A stretch of DNA of 64,000 bases from Candidatus Eiseniibacteriota bacterium (GTDB taxonomy: Bacteria; Patescibacteriota; Microgenomatia; Levybacterales; UBA12049), in contig DASQJJ010000006.1 of NCBI GenBank assembly GCA_035631115.1, positions 11,551 through 75,550 of the forward strand, read 5' to 3'. The notes beneath the pieces are model-generated. The model was given only the letters and a program-made list of their open reading frames with translations, was not told the origin of the DNA and did no database searches. A program made the translations under genes and the position numbers. Below, piece after piece: positions 36,365 through 46,080 of this stretch; the stretch's first letter is position 1; the number at the start of each line of letters is the position of its first letter.

Positions 36365-37417
36365 TTAAAAATGTCCTGAGGTAGCAATTTCTTTAATGAT
36401 TGCATCGTTATTATACGTATACCTCCACAAAGGGTAATGTGATTCGAATTTTGATACATCAGAGATGTACCAAATATGATCCCCAACTCTATTTTTTTGT
36501 ATATATTTCACTTTTGCTTTCTTTCCTAAGATTTCTTCTGCTTTTTCTATGGCCTCAAGCATAGATGTATTTGAGTGTCTCGACCCACCTATATTATACA
36601 CTTCACCAGATCGTGGCTTTTTATAGACATGGTAGAAAGCATTCACCAAATCATACGAATGAATATTGTCTCGCACTTGCTTTCCTTTATACCCAAAAAT
36701 GGTGTAGGGTGTACCTGTGGCAACGCATTTAATAAGGTATGCGAGAAACCCATGTAATTGTGTCCCACTGTGTGCGGGGCCGGTAAGACACCCTCCGCGA
36801 AACACAGCGGTATGGAGACCAAAATATTTTCCATACTCCTGCACCATAATATCCGCTGCCACCTTGGATGCACCAAAAATACTATGCTTAGAATTATCAA
36901 TACTCATATTTTCATCAATCCCTTTGTAATACTCATGACCTTTTGGAAGCTCAAATCTTTTTTCCAACTCTATAAGAGGAAGGGTATTTGGTCTATCCCC
37001 GTAGACTTTATTTGTTGAAGTAAAAATAAATACTGCATCAGGCGAGTAATTGCGATAATGCTCAAGCATATGAAGAGTCCCGAGAGCATTTACCCCAAAA
37101 TCTGTTAATGGCTCTTTGGCAGCCCAATCGTGAGAAGGTTGCGCAGCTGCGTGAATAATCAAGTCAAACTTTGTTTTCTTAAATATTTTTCTTAGCCCTT
37201 CATTGTCCCTTATGTCAACAGCATAATGATTATATTGGTCTTTAAGAGACTTTTTGAGATTTTTTCTTGACCAATCAGTGCTTGCTTCTTCTCCAAAATA
37301 ATATGCCCTCATATTATTATCTATCCCATGAATTTCAAAACCTTTTTTAGCAAAAAACTTTGTTGCCTCAGATCCAATAAGCCCAGCCGAACCAGTAATT
37401 AATACTTTTTTCGTCAT
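36365..37417 (-). CDS. CDP-paratose/tyvelose 2-epimerase-like SDR
   Basis: [51 protein letters not shown]. Confidence 0.8.
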   Translation of the reverse strand: MTKKVLITGSAGLIGSEATKFFAKKGFEIHGIDNNMRAYYFGEEASTDWSRKNLKKSLKDQYNHYAVDIRDNEGLRKIFKKTKFDLIIHAAAQPSHDWAAKEPLTDFGVNALGTLHMLEHYRNYSPDAVFIFTSTNKVYGDRPNTLPLIELEKRFELPKGHEYYKGIDENMSIDNSKHSIFGASKVAADIMVQEYGKYFGLHTAVFRGGCLTGPAHSGTQLHGFLAYLIKCVATGTPYTIFGYKGKQVRDNIHSYDLVNAFYHVYKKPRSGEVYNIGGSRHSNTSMLEAIEKAEEILGKKAKVKYIQKNRVGDHIWYISDVSKFESHYPLWRYTYNNDAIIKEIATSGHF

Positions 37418-37806
37418 ATAAGTGTATATCGCTTCATTACTCCAGGAGGCTCATTTGCAAACTTAACCATTATTCCAACATGATTTGCTAAATTTTTCAC
37501 TGCATGAGGTACGTTTGAGGGTAAAATTATAAAAAAATGTTTTCCCTCTACAAACATATTCATTGAATGTACCTTTTTTTTCTTATCCATCCAATATAAA
37601 ACAAGACCAGGGGTCATTGCAAGGAAAGCCTCTGAATGCTTATGGCTATGATTGCCCGCAATAACTCCAGAAGGTAAGCTCATAGAAATTTTCTCAATCC
37701 ATGTATAAGGAGATTTGAATGGTACATCTGTTATATCCATAACATACATACCATTGTTTTTCTCGTATAACGGTTTGATAGTTATTTTATATGGTGTTTT
37801 TCTCAT
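37414..37806 (-). CDS. cupin (WxcM/FdtA-like NDP-sugar isomerase/epimerase)
   Basis: [21 protein letters not shown]. Confidence 0.7.
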   Translation of the reverse strand: MRKTPYKITIKPLYEKNNGMYVMDITDVPFKSPYTWIEKISMSLPSGVIAGNHSHKHSEAFLAMTPGLVLYWMDKKKKVHSMNMFVEGKHFFIILPSNVPHAVKNLANHVGIMVKFANEPPGVMKRYTLI

Positions 37807-38639
37807 ATTGCATTTTTAGGATAAAATTTATAGAAAAGCATACCGGTAATCACAGCAATCGTCTTGAGAACATACAAGAGTATTCCTCCAAAAAAGACGT
37901 CTGGTCTTTTTATCACTTCCCATCGAAAGTAACTTCTTCGTGGTAAGCTGTGTAAAATGGTTGTTTGTGTTGATACCTTAAGAGTTCCTCCATACAACTT
38001 ACCGTATCTCATAAATTTTTTAAAAAATACCCAAAAATCATCAACTTCTTTGTGTTTTATCCCTTCCCCTTCGAGTCGCCCAATAAATTTTAACTTTGAA
38101 TGATTTTTTCCATACAATACCGCGTCATCTAAAATAGAAAGGGTCTTAGGCCATTTGAAGCGTAATAAATCTTCTCTTTTGTACATTCTGGGAATTTCTG
38201 CACCAAGGAACGGATTATTATCATGGCCTGAGACAACAACCCATCTGTCGTTAGCAAGAAGTCTTTTAATAAGTGTATTTTTCCCCGAGACAGATTCCTC
38301 ATGAAAGATAAGTCCATCGTATTTTTCTTTTTCCATTTTTTTAACCGCTCTTTCAATAACCGTTTTTCCAATCCATTGATCTGAATCAAGTGTCATAACA
38401 TATTTCCCTTTTGCTTTTTTAACCACCACATAACGTGCTCTACCTAGTTCTTTTCCATAACAAATTATTGCATTATATTTTTTGGCAATTTTTATTGTAT
38501 CATCTGTACTTCCCCCATCCCCAACAAGAACCTCAATTCTTTTGTATGTTTGCTTTTCTAAAGATTCAAAAGTTTTTGTAATTGTTTTTGCAGAATTAAG
38601 GGTAGAAATAGAAATGGATACAATTGGCATTTTATTCAT
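37803..38639 (-). CDS. GT2 glycosyltransferase
   Basis: VSISISTLNS, GDGGSTD, TLDSDQ. Confidence 0.88.
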   Translation of the reverse strand: MNKMPIVSISISTLNSAKTITKTFESLEKQTYKRIEVLVGDGGSTDDTIKIAKKYNAIICYGKELGRARYVVVKKAKGKYVMTLDSDQWIGKTVIERAVKKMEKEKYDGLIFHEESVSGKNTLIKRLLANDRWVVVSGHDNNPFLGAEIPRMYKREDLLRFKWPKTLSILDDAVLYGKNHSKLKFIGRLEGEGIKHKEVDDFWVFFKKFMRYGKLYGGTLKVSTQTTILHSLPRRSYFRWEVIKRPDVFFGGILLYVLKTIAVITGMLFYKFYPKNAI

Positions 38640-38646
38640 AGGTTGA

Positions 38647-38655
38647 ATACTATCA
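38647..38655 (-). promoter_or_regulatory. internal extended -10, probably leaderless
   Basis: TGaTAGTAT exactly 7 nt upstream of ATG 38639. Confidence 0.35.
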
Positions 38656-38659
38656 CACT

Positions 38660-39772
38660 TTATGATGAAAGAAAATTATTTTTAATTATACTTAGGCTAT
38701 TTTTTGCAGCTTTATCCCAGGTCAGAGAATCTGCCCATAGTAGGCTTTCTTTTTCCATTTTTTTCCTTAGTTTTTGGTTTTTGAGTATTTGTTCTATTTT
38801 GTCGATGAAGTCTTCGTTGCTTGCAGCAAGAAAACCAGTTTTGTTATTTTTAATTGCATCCGAAAGTCCTGGAACTTTAAATGCAACCGCAGGTGTTCCA
38901 TATGAGTTGGCTTCTATTATTGAAATTCCCCACCCTTCATTAAGAGACGGATTGACAATCATCCATGACTTTCTAAGAAATATCCTTTTTTCTTTCTCGG
39001 AAATTGGCCCTAAAATATGAATGTTTCTTTTAAATCCATTTTTCATAATTAAGTCGCTAATAAATGGCGCCTCTGTTCCCCATCCAGCCAATAAAATTCT
39101 AATTTTTGGAATACGCTTTATAATTTCTGGGAATGCATTCACTAGAATATCCAGTCTTTTATATTTTTTTATTCTTCCTAAATAAATTATTGTAGGGTGG
39201 CTATATTTTGCAGTTTTCTTAAGAAAAGCTGGTGATGCTTTCATGACTCCTGGCTCAACAATCGAAATTTTATTTTTAGAAAAACCAATTTCTATTAATT
39301 TACCTTTTGTGCTTTGAGAGATTGCCATAACTTCAGTGTTAAAATAAAGAACGGGAAAGATAAATTTCTCAATCAAGAATCCTATTATATTTAGTGGAAA
39401 TGGAAGCTCATAAAAAAATTGTTTACCGTGTACATGGTACACAAGTACAATTTTCTTCTTTAACGAAAAAAGAGGAGTAAAAAAAGGTACGCCATTTTCG
39501 ATATCTACTACAAAATCCGTATTTTTATTGAGCTTAGTTAGATACATAAATGGTGCCCAAAAATAGACTGAAAATCTTCCGCCTTTTCTTACAATCCTGA
39601 CTCCATCAATTACCTCTTCTTTGGGAAGTTTTTTTTCAGGATCATTGGCACAAAAAAGTGTGACTGTATTACCTTTTTTTAACCATCTTTTTGCCAGCTC
39701 GTGGACGTATATCTCTCCTCCTCCTGCCCAACTACTTTTTATATCTCTCCAGTTGAAAATAAGAATATTCAT
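38660..39772 (-). CDS. GT4 glycosyltransferase
   Basis: FNWRD..AGGGE, YLGRIKKYK, EGWGISIIEA. Confidence 0.9.
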   Translation of the reverse strand: MNILIFNWRDIKSSWAGGGEIYVHELAKRWLKKGNTVTLFCANDPEKKLPKEEVIDGVRIVRKGGRFSVYFWAPFMYLTKLNKNTDFVVDIENGVPFFTPLFSLKKKIVLVYHVHGKQFFYELPFPLNIIGFLIEKFIFPVLYFNTEVMAISQSTKGKLIEIGFSKNKISIVEPGVMKASPAFLKKTAKYSHPTIIYLGRIKKYKRLDILVNAFPEIIKRIPKIRILLAGWGTEAPFISDLIMKNGFKRNIHILGPISEKEKRIFLRKSWMIVNPSLNEGWGISIIEANSYGTPAVAFKVPGLSDAIKNNKTGFLAASNEDFIDKIEQILKNQKLRKKMEKESLLWADSLTWDKAAKNSLSIIKNNFLSS

Positions 39773-39781
39773 GCAGTTAGA

Positions 39782-40657
39782 TCATTTGATATTTGTGGAA
39801 AGCGTGATACTTTTCCATGCTGTCATTGGAATACCCTTGAGTAAATCAAGCTCCCACAACGTCATTCTCCTCGTGTTATTAATAATAAACCACCAGAAGT
39901 TTCTAAATTGCATCAATATGTCAAAATCTTTTTTCCCTTGTAAATTTGCTTTTACAACCTCTCTGTCAGAATACTTATTTGCTTTTTTTCCTAAGAAAAA
40001 TTCCATAACTTCCATAGGAAAAAAATATGTGAAAAGAGTAATTAACTGAAAAAGTGCATGCTCGGAATACGCTCTTTTGGAAATTTTAAAATTGTATTTT
40101 TTAAGTAATTCTGCTATATACTCATGGGTAAATTCAGGATGAATATGTCCATAACGTCTAAAAGTCATTGTTTTTCCAATACCAATTTTTTGCCAAAACC
40201 ATGTATGTGTAAATTGTTGACCTTCTGTAGGAACCAATAGAAAAAATTTCCCATTCTTTTTAAGAATCCTCTTTACTTCTTTCATAAAAAAATCAACATC
40301 GGGAATATGTTCTAAAACATCCATGCACGTTATTGCATCGAATGTATTATTTTTATAAGGTAACTTTTTGTTGCGAATAACTGCATACGTCACTTTTCCA
40401 CTGCCTAATTTTTTTGCGTAAGTAATAGCTTGCTTACTCACATCACACCCATATATTTTTATTCCAGGGTAGTAATAAGAAAAACTTTCTGTTGTTATGC
40501 CCCCACCACTACCAATATCAAGAAGTTTGCCTTTTCGCATTTTAAGAAAGTCCGTAAGTCTTTTTAATCGATAGTCATCAACAAAGCTTCTTTTGAAACC
40601 TTTTTTTAAATCCGGAACTCCCATAAAGACATCTTCGTAATTAAATTTCTTTTTCAT
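39782..40657 (-). CDS. class I SAM-dependent methyltransferase
   Basis: LLDIGSGGG, YGCDVS, FDAITCMDVLEHI, RILKKNG. Confidence 0.88.
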   Translation of the reverse strand: MKKKFNYEDVFMGVPDLKKGFKRSFVDDYRLKRLTDFLKMRKGKLLDIGSGGGITTESFSYYYPGIKIYGCDVSKQAITYAKKLGSGKVTYAVIRNKKLPYKNNTFDAITCMDVLEHIPDVDFFMKEVKRILKKNGKFFLLVPTEGQQFTHTWFWQKIGIGKTMTFRRYGHIHPEFTHEYIAELLKKYNFKISKRAYSEHALFQLITLFTYFFPMEVMEFFLGKKANKYSDREVVKANLQGKKDFDILMQFRNFWWFIINNTRRMTLWELDLLKGIPMTAWKSITLSTNIK

Positions 40658-40661
40658 ACTA

Positions 40662-41513
40662 TTATTTATGTTTTCTCAGGAATCTGTTGATCTTACCAGA
40701 AATAATACCCGATGCAAAAGGAATTTCCTTCAAAGATAACAAAACCATTGATCCAATGCTTTGTTTTATTAAGTCCTTCCTAAATAAACCTCTTCGAAAC
40801 CGCATTGTCCTTTTTCTAAAAAATTCATCATAACCAGTACTATCTACGTTAACGCTAAGGTATCCCCAGCGGTAGAATTTTCTCCAAAGCTCACTCCATG
40901 TTCCTGGTTCCATATGTTTTACTGCGTTTTTAATATACCCGACACGTTTACTTATTTTCCATGCTTCAAGGTATAAAATCGCATGATCTTGCAGACTTGC
41001 TTTATCTATGGACCTGGACGGAACTCGTTGGTATGCCTTCAAGATAAGGGACTTTTTAAAAAATCTGGGAAGTATCACGCTTGTATAAGGATCTAAATCA
41101 TTTGCTTTATCAACCAACTGCCTGTCCAAATAAAAAAGTTTTTCAAGAAGTGTTTTTTTACTGTAGACATCTTCCCCTAATGCTACCATGTCTTTTTTTT
41201 GTGCAATTTCATTAATACACTTTTTTATTGTTTCTTTTCCTAAAATTTGATCACTGTCTAGAATGAGTACGAAAGTTCCATGAGATTTTTTAGCACCTTC
41301 AAATCTTGCTCTCATGAGTGAGCCCTTACTAACCAGTATATTTTTAACGCCAAATTTTTGGGCAACAGCAATAGTTTTGTCTGACGAACCTCCATCAATA
41401 ATGTTTATTTCTACATGTTTATATGATTGGTCTTTAATTGCCTGGAGACATTTGGGCAAGAATGCTTCACTGTTGTAAGTGGGAATAGATATTGTAACAA
41501 GAGGATTTTTCAT
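40662..41513 (-). CDS. GT2 glycosyltransferase
   Basis: VTISIPTYNS, IDGGSSD, ILDSDQ. Confidence 0.88.
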   Translation of the reverse strand: MKNPLVTISIPTYNSEAFLPKCLQAIKDQSYKHVEINIIDGGSSDKTIAVAQKFGVKNILVSKGSLMRARFEGAKKSHGTFVLILDSDQILGKETIKKCINEIAQKKDMVALGEDVYSKKTLLEKLFYLDRQLVDKANDLDPYTSVILPRFFKKSLILKAYQRVPSRSIDKASLQDHAILYLEAWKISKRVGYIKNAVKHMEPGTWSELWRKFYRWGYLSVNVDSTGYDEFFRKRTMRFRRGLFRKDLIKQSIGSMVLLSLKEIPFASGIISGKINRFLRKHK

Positions 41514-41542
41514 ATATGCATCTTAGTGTGTCGAATTGAACT

Positions 41543-41571
41543 ATCCTATCATAGGATTAGTAGACTTACAA
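41543..41571 (-). promoter_or_regulatory. internal promoter with an overlapping perfect palindrome
   Basis: TTGTAA-17 nt-TAGGAT with a TG extension; ATCCTAT-N-ATAGGAT at 41543-41557. Confidence 0.5.
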
Positions 41572-41593
41572 TAAGCTTTCTGCTCTTATACAT

Positions 41594-42913
41594 TTATTGC
41601 TCGTTGTAAAGCAGTGTTGACCATAAAGTAAGAAGAAGAATCCATCCAAAATTTATATACGAAAAAACGAAAGCAAGCTTTTGTGTTTTGGAAAAAAATA
41701 GTGGAAAAAGCGTTATTCCAGAGAGTACAAGAAAAAAACGGAAAACGAAAAAGGAAAATCCCAAAACTTGCGCCCAAGATGTGTTGAGCATAGAAAGTCC
41801 TGTAAAAAGAAGGAAGAAAAATGTTAGTAGATAATTCTTATTAAAGTATTCCTTTATAAAAAGAGCCAGGGAAACAACAAGGAATGGATAAAAAGGATAT
41901 CGATACCATCCATGACCTGGCTCATTTGGTATTGCATAAACAAAAATTGCAAAGTACGCAAGAAGCGGAAATAATACAAAGATATGTTTTCGAAAGTCCT
42001 TAACTGCTACAATAAAAAACGATATCCATCCAAAGTATATCCATCCATCCGTAAAAAGTCTGTCTGTTAAGACTGGATAAGTAAATAAAGCAAACATGCT
42101 GTTAAAGGAAATATCATATCTATTTAGCTGTAATTTCCATAGATTAAAAAATAATTCTTTGTCAAAATATATTCCATACATAAAAAATATTGAAAAAATT
42201 GTTAGTACAATTGCAAGAAAAACCCAGATATCTCTATATTTTCGAAAGAAAAGAAAAAGTAAAACAATAGCAAGCGTTGCCGCCCCCCAAGGCACTTTTG
42301 CTAGAAGTAGTAATCCACACAAAATTGCAGCCCAATTGCGAAACCAAACATTCTTATTTTTTATATATTTTGCAACAAGAAATAAAGTAAAAAGAAAAAA
42401 AGGTATAAAAAAATTCTCATTTTCAACTAACCGAGATCCAACAACAACGGATGGAATAATTGCATACAAAAATGATGAGAGTAATGCAGTCCTTTCTCCA
42501 TACATATCTTTTACAAAAAGGAAAAGGATTCCTATGCTCAACACACCCAGTAGTAAAGATAATCCTCGAATATGAACAAGGTCTACATGAAACATATCTT
42601 TCACCCCACTCAAAATCGCATACCCGCCAACCACCAAGCCAAACAAAGGTGGATGCTCTAGGTACGGCGTGACAAGGCGGAAATGTGTATGTTGATAGGT
42701 AATATCTTTTGCATGAGTGTATTGCGGGTGTGGAGACCACGAAGTAGGCACATGATGCTGAATAAGACTCACTCCCTGCCATGCCCATGCATATTCATCA
42801 AATGTTGCTCCAAGCCGAGGCCATTCATATAAATTGTTACTTCGTAGCAAAAATCCAAGAAGCAAAATACCTAATAAAACGACATACTGCCATTTTTTAA
42901 AAAATTTATCCAC
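41594..42913 (-). CDS. GT-C fold (ArnT/PMT_2-like) glycosyltransferase
   Basis: TFDEY, EHPPLF, SRLVENE, GWYRYP. Confidence 0.82.
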   Translation of the reverse strand: MDKFFKKWQYVVLLGILLLGFLLRSNNLYEWPRLGATFDEYAWAWQGVSLIQHHVPTSWSPHPQYTHAKDITYQHTHFRLVTPYLEHPPLFGLVVGGYAILSGVKDMFHVDLVHIRGLSLLLGVLSIGILFLFVKDMYGERTALLSSFLYAIIPSVVVGSRLVENENFFIPFFLFTLFLVAKYIKNKNVWFRNWAAILCGLLLLAKVPWGAATLAIVLLFLFFRKYRDIWVFLAIVLTIFSIFFMYGIYFDKELFFNLWKLQLNRYDISFNSMFALFTYPVLTDRLFTDGWIYFGWISFFIVAVKDFRKHIFVLFPLLAYFAIFVYAIPNEPGHGWYRYPFYPFLVVSLALFIKEYFNKNYLLTFFFLLFTGLSMLNTSWAQVLGFSFFVFRFFLVLSGITLFPLFFSKTQKLAFVFSYINFGWILLLTLWSTLLYNEQ

Positions 42914-44012
42914 GGCTTGTTACCTCCTTAATTAATTGAATGCTTTTCATCGTTGCATTCTTCCATGTTAAGCTTGTTGCCCATTGGAATGCATTCTGTT
43001 GAAAAGTTTTATACTTTTTTTTATCTTCTACAAGAAGAAGCGACTCTCTAGCCATTTCATACGGAGAATTCGTCGACAAAACAATACCTGTTATATTATT
43101 TTTGACACTATCTCGAAGTCCCGCAACATTATAGACAACTGATGGGGTGTTTTGACTTGCTGCTTCTATAACAACGAGGCCCCATCCTTCTTTTACCGAA
43201 GCGTGAAGTAAAATATGTGCTCTGCCAAGAAGTGAAAATTTTTCATTCTCTGAAACAGCTCCAAAAAATGTTGTACATTTTTCTATTCCATATTCTCTTG
43301 TCATTTGCTGTAACTTTTTTATGTAGTCTTTTTCACCCTTTCCAACAATCCAAAGTTTTGCATCTATATCTTCTCTGTGAATAAACCCAAATGCCTTAAT
43401 AACTTCCTCTACGCCTTTCATTCTGACAACACGACTCACAAAAATGAAAGTTTTGTTTTTTTCTTTTTGTAATTCTTTTTTTTGATGAGTAGGTATCATA
43501 GGACAAGGTATTGCAAGACAATTTTTAATTTTAAATCCATATTTTATTAATTCATTAACTGTCGAAGGTGCATCTGTCCATAACGGTATATTTTTATAAA
43601 AAGGAATGTAAAATGTTTCAAGAAATCTCCCAATAACGTTTATGGGAAAAGGATACATATAGTCCCAAATTTCGCTCGCTATCTCATGTATAAAAAATAT
43701 TTTTGGCCTTCTTACAAATAATGGAGTAAAGAATGGGATACCATGTGCCTCATCAATAACCAGGTTGAATGTGATTCCAGAAAAAAAATAGAAAAATACT
43801 GCCCAAAAGAAAATAGTCACACTATTCCCTCTTCTCACGACAGTAATTCCGTCAATTTTTTCTTCTCTTAAAGCTTTTTTAAAAGAAGATGCAAGCCACC
43901 AAACGTGATATCCTGCCTGTACCCACGCTTTTGCATGCTGAAGAGTCACTATTTCTGCACCGCCTGCCTTTGGATTCTTGGGATCTCTCCAGTTGAGAAG
44001 AAGAATATTCAT
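42906..44012 (-). CDS. GT4 glycosyltransferase
   Basis: LNWRD..AGGAE, FVSRVVRMKG, EGWGLVVIEA. Confidence 0.9.
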   Translation of the reverse strand: MNILLLNWRDPKNPKAGGAEIVTLQHAKAWVQAGYHVWWLASSFKKALREEKIDGITVVRRGNSVTIFFWAVFFYFFSGITFNLVIDEAHGIPFFTPLFVRRPKIFFIHEIASEIWDYMYPFPINVIGRFLETFYIPFYKNIPLWTDAPSTVNELIKYGFKIKNCLAIPCPMIPTHQKKELQKEKNKTFIFVSRVVRMKGVEEVIKAFGFIHREDIDAKLWIVGKGEKDYIKKLQQMTREYGIEKCTTFFGAVSENEKFSLLGRAHILLHASVKEGWGLVVIEAASQNTPSVVYNVAGLRDSVKNNITGIVLSTNSPYEMARESLLLVEDKKKYKTFQQNAFQWATSLTWKNATMKSIQLIKEVTSRG

Positions 44013-44015
44013 ATG

Positions 44016-44834
44016 CTAAACAACATTTACTCTGAAGTTAAGCTCAGGATCGTATCGCCATTTTCGCTGAGCGGAGTCGTCATAATACCTGAGAATTCTT
44101 AATCGATAAAAAACCGCCATTGTGTCCCATAACATCTTCCCAATTGTATCTAAGAAGTTTTTTGATGTTATTGAAGACCACTGTCCAAATGTTAACTCAA
44201 TTGGTGCTTCATAAATTTTTTTGTATCCTAAATGATATGCAACAGAGAGAATTTCTATATCAAATGCGTATCTTTTAACTAATAGTCTCGGTAGTACATC
44301 TTCCAAAACATCCCTTTTAAAAAGTTTTAGTCCCACTTGCGTATCGGAAAGGGAAAGACCAAACAACAACTTTACAAGACTTCTATATCCCCAAGACAAA
44401 ACTTTTCTTTGCCAAGGATATTTAACCTTAGATAAAGGATGCAATTTAGACCCAATAACAATGTCTGCGTTATTTTTTATCATTATATCTGAGAGAAGCT
44501 TCAGTCCTTTTGGGTTTAAATCCATTCCAGCATCTAAAAATGCGATCATGCTTCCTTTAGAATTTGCCATTCCATACCGCACAGCATATCCTTTCCCATA
44601 ATTGTGCTTGTATCCAACAACCTTTACATGAGGAATTTTTTTCTGCTTAAGAATAGTTTCTGTATTATCCAGATGACCATCTATAACAACAATTATCTCG
44701 TATGGATTATTAAAGGAGTCTATAACTTTTTTTATCGATTCAATGTCTCTAATTATTGTTTTTTCTTGCTTGTATGATGGAATAATGAGAGAAAGAAATG
44801 AATTAATTTTTTTGTTTTTGCGGTCCATACTCAT
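44016..44834 (-). CDS. GT2, dolichol/polyprenol-phosphate glucosyl/mannosyltransferase-like
   Basis: NYGKGYAVRYG, FLDAG, DTQVGLKLF, YAFDIEIL. Confidence 0.88.
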   Translation of the reverse strand: MSMDRKNKKINSFLSLIIPSYKQEKTIIRDIESIKKVIDSFNNPYEIIVVIDGHLDNTETILKQKKIPHVKVVGYKHNYGKGYAVRYGMANSKGSMIAFLDAGMDLNPKGLKLLSDIMIKNNADIVIGSKLHPLSKVKYPWQRKVLSWGYRSLVKLLFGLSLSDTQVGLKLFKRDVLEDVLPRLLVKRYAFDIEILSVAYHLGYKKIYEAPIELTFGQWSSITSKNFLDTIGKMLWDTMAVFYRLRILRYYDDSAQRKWRYDPELNFRVNVV

Positions 44835-46080
44835 TCATGTAATATAGCAAAAGCACTACAAAGAGCACAAGGCTGAGAATAAGAGAAAAGGTAACAACCT
44901 GTCTTATGGTTGCGTGGAAAAGCGTAATACCTATTGCCTGGATACAAGCCCCTCCTAGTGCAATATAGGAGACAGCAGTCTTTTTTATGGAAAGGAGAAA
45001 ATTGATAAGTATATTGAGAAGACTGAAAATGCAAAGATAGAGACCAAACCAACCAAGAAGAGGTGCTCCTGATATGTACTGTTTCCCAAGCACAAAACCA
45101 ATAATTGCTTCAGGAAATAGAAAATATACTAATGAAAGAAGGAGTGAAGGAACTAAAACAAGTAAAAATGATGCATATAAGAGTCCCTGAGCATTTCTTT
45201 TTTCATGAATACGTTTAATAACAAGTGGAAACATAACGCTTCCAATGGGAGCTGAAAAGTAAAAAATAATTCTTCCAAGTACCGATAATCCACTATAGAG
45301 CGCTGCATCTGCTGAAGGAAGAAAATGCTTTACTAAAAGAGCGTCTGTTGAGGTAAATGAAAAAAGAGAAAATACGGCAACTGCCGTTGGGAAACCGTAT
45401 GTGAGAATTTCTTTCGTATGAATTGTTGTTTTTGCTTGCCTAATAAATAGATGTCTTAATGGAATAAATGTTAAAAGAAATGGAATAAGAAAACTGAGAA
45501 AATATCCAAATAAAATACCGTCCAATCCAAAACCTAAAAGTATAACGACAACTCCTATGAATAATTTTGTAATACCACCCAAGCTTGTTGTGAGGGAAAG
45601 AAATTTAAACTCCAGTAAACTCTGTAAAAAGGCAATATTTGTATTACTCATATATACTCCTGCAATAACTGCTCCGGCAAGAATGATTTCAAACATATTT
45701 TTTATGTGAAGGAAACTTCCAATAAACGGAGAGAAAATAACAAAACCTGCAAAAAGAGTAATAGCAATTATCCCTATCTTTAGGTTAGACTGCCAAAAAA
45801 GTTCTGCAGCATATTCTTTTTGCTTTTTGGAAAAATATCTTGTGGCAAATTGCACAATCGTAGGAATAAAAGCTTGTGCTGGCATACTTACCCATGTAAT
45901 GAGAGTAAGAAGCACTGCAATATCTGCATAACTACCACGTGACAGATGTCTTGGTAAAAAAACACTTAAAGCAAATGCGCAAATATTTGCTGCTGTTGTG
46001 CCAAGAAAAAGAAAAGAACTTTCAGAAACAAGTTCATGCCTTACTACTTTGGTTGTTAGCTGAAGCAATTTATCTTTCAT
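44803..46080 (-). CDS. wzx: Wzx-like (MOP superfamily) oligosaccharide flippase
   Basis: About 12 TMs; TDALLVKHFL, ALYSGLSVLGRII, VMFP. Confidence 0.78.
   Translation of the reverse strand: MKDKLLQLTTKVVRHELVSESSFLFLGTTAANICAFALSVFLPRHLSRGSYADIAVLLTLITWVSMPAQAFIPTIVQFATRYFSKKQKEYAAELFWQSNLKIGIIAITLFAGFVIFSPFIGSFLHIKNMFEIILAGAVIAGVYMSNTNIAFLQSLLEFKFLSLTTSLGGITKLFIGVVVILLGFGLDGILFGYFLSFLIPFLLTFIPLRHLFIRQAKTTIHTKEILTYGFPTAVAVFSLFSFTSTDALLVKHFLPSADAALYSGLSVLGRIIFYFSAPIGSVMFPLVIKRIHEKRNAQGLLYASFLLVLVPSLLLSLVYFLFPEAIIGFVLGKQYISGAPLLGWFGLYLCIFSLLNILINFLLSIKKTAVSYIALGGACIQAIGITLFHATIRQVVTFSLILSLVLFVVLLLYYMNEYGPQKQKN

Noticed and set aside
19691-41513. Prophage or integrative island in the seemingly more AT-rich middle section
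   Set aside because: No integrase, transposase, att site or phage gene; the composition shift was judged by eye only.
44066-44079. GCTGAGCGGAGTCG (encodes DSAQ), resembling the 8101 element core
   Set aside because: Only about 13 nt and lacks the closing arm; could be chance. Revisit if orthologs differ here.
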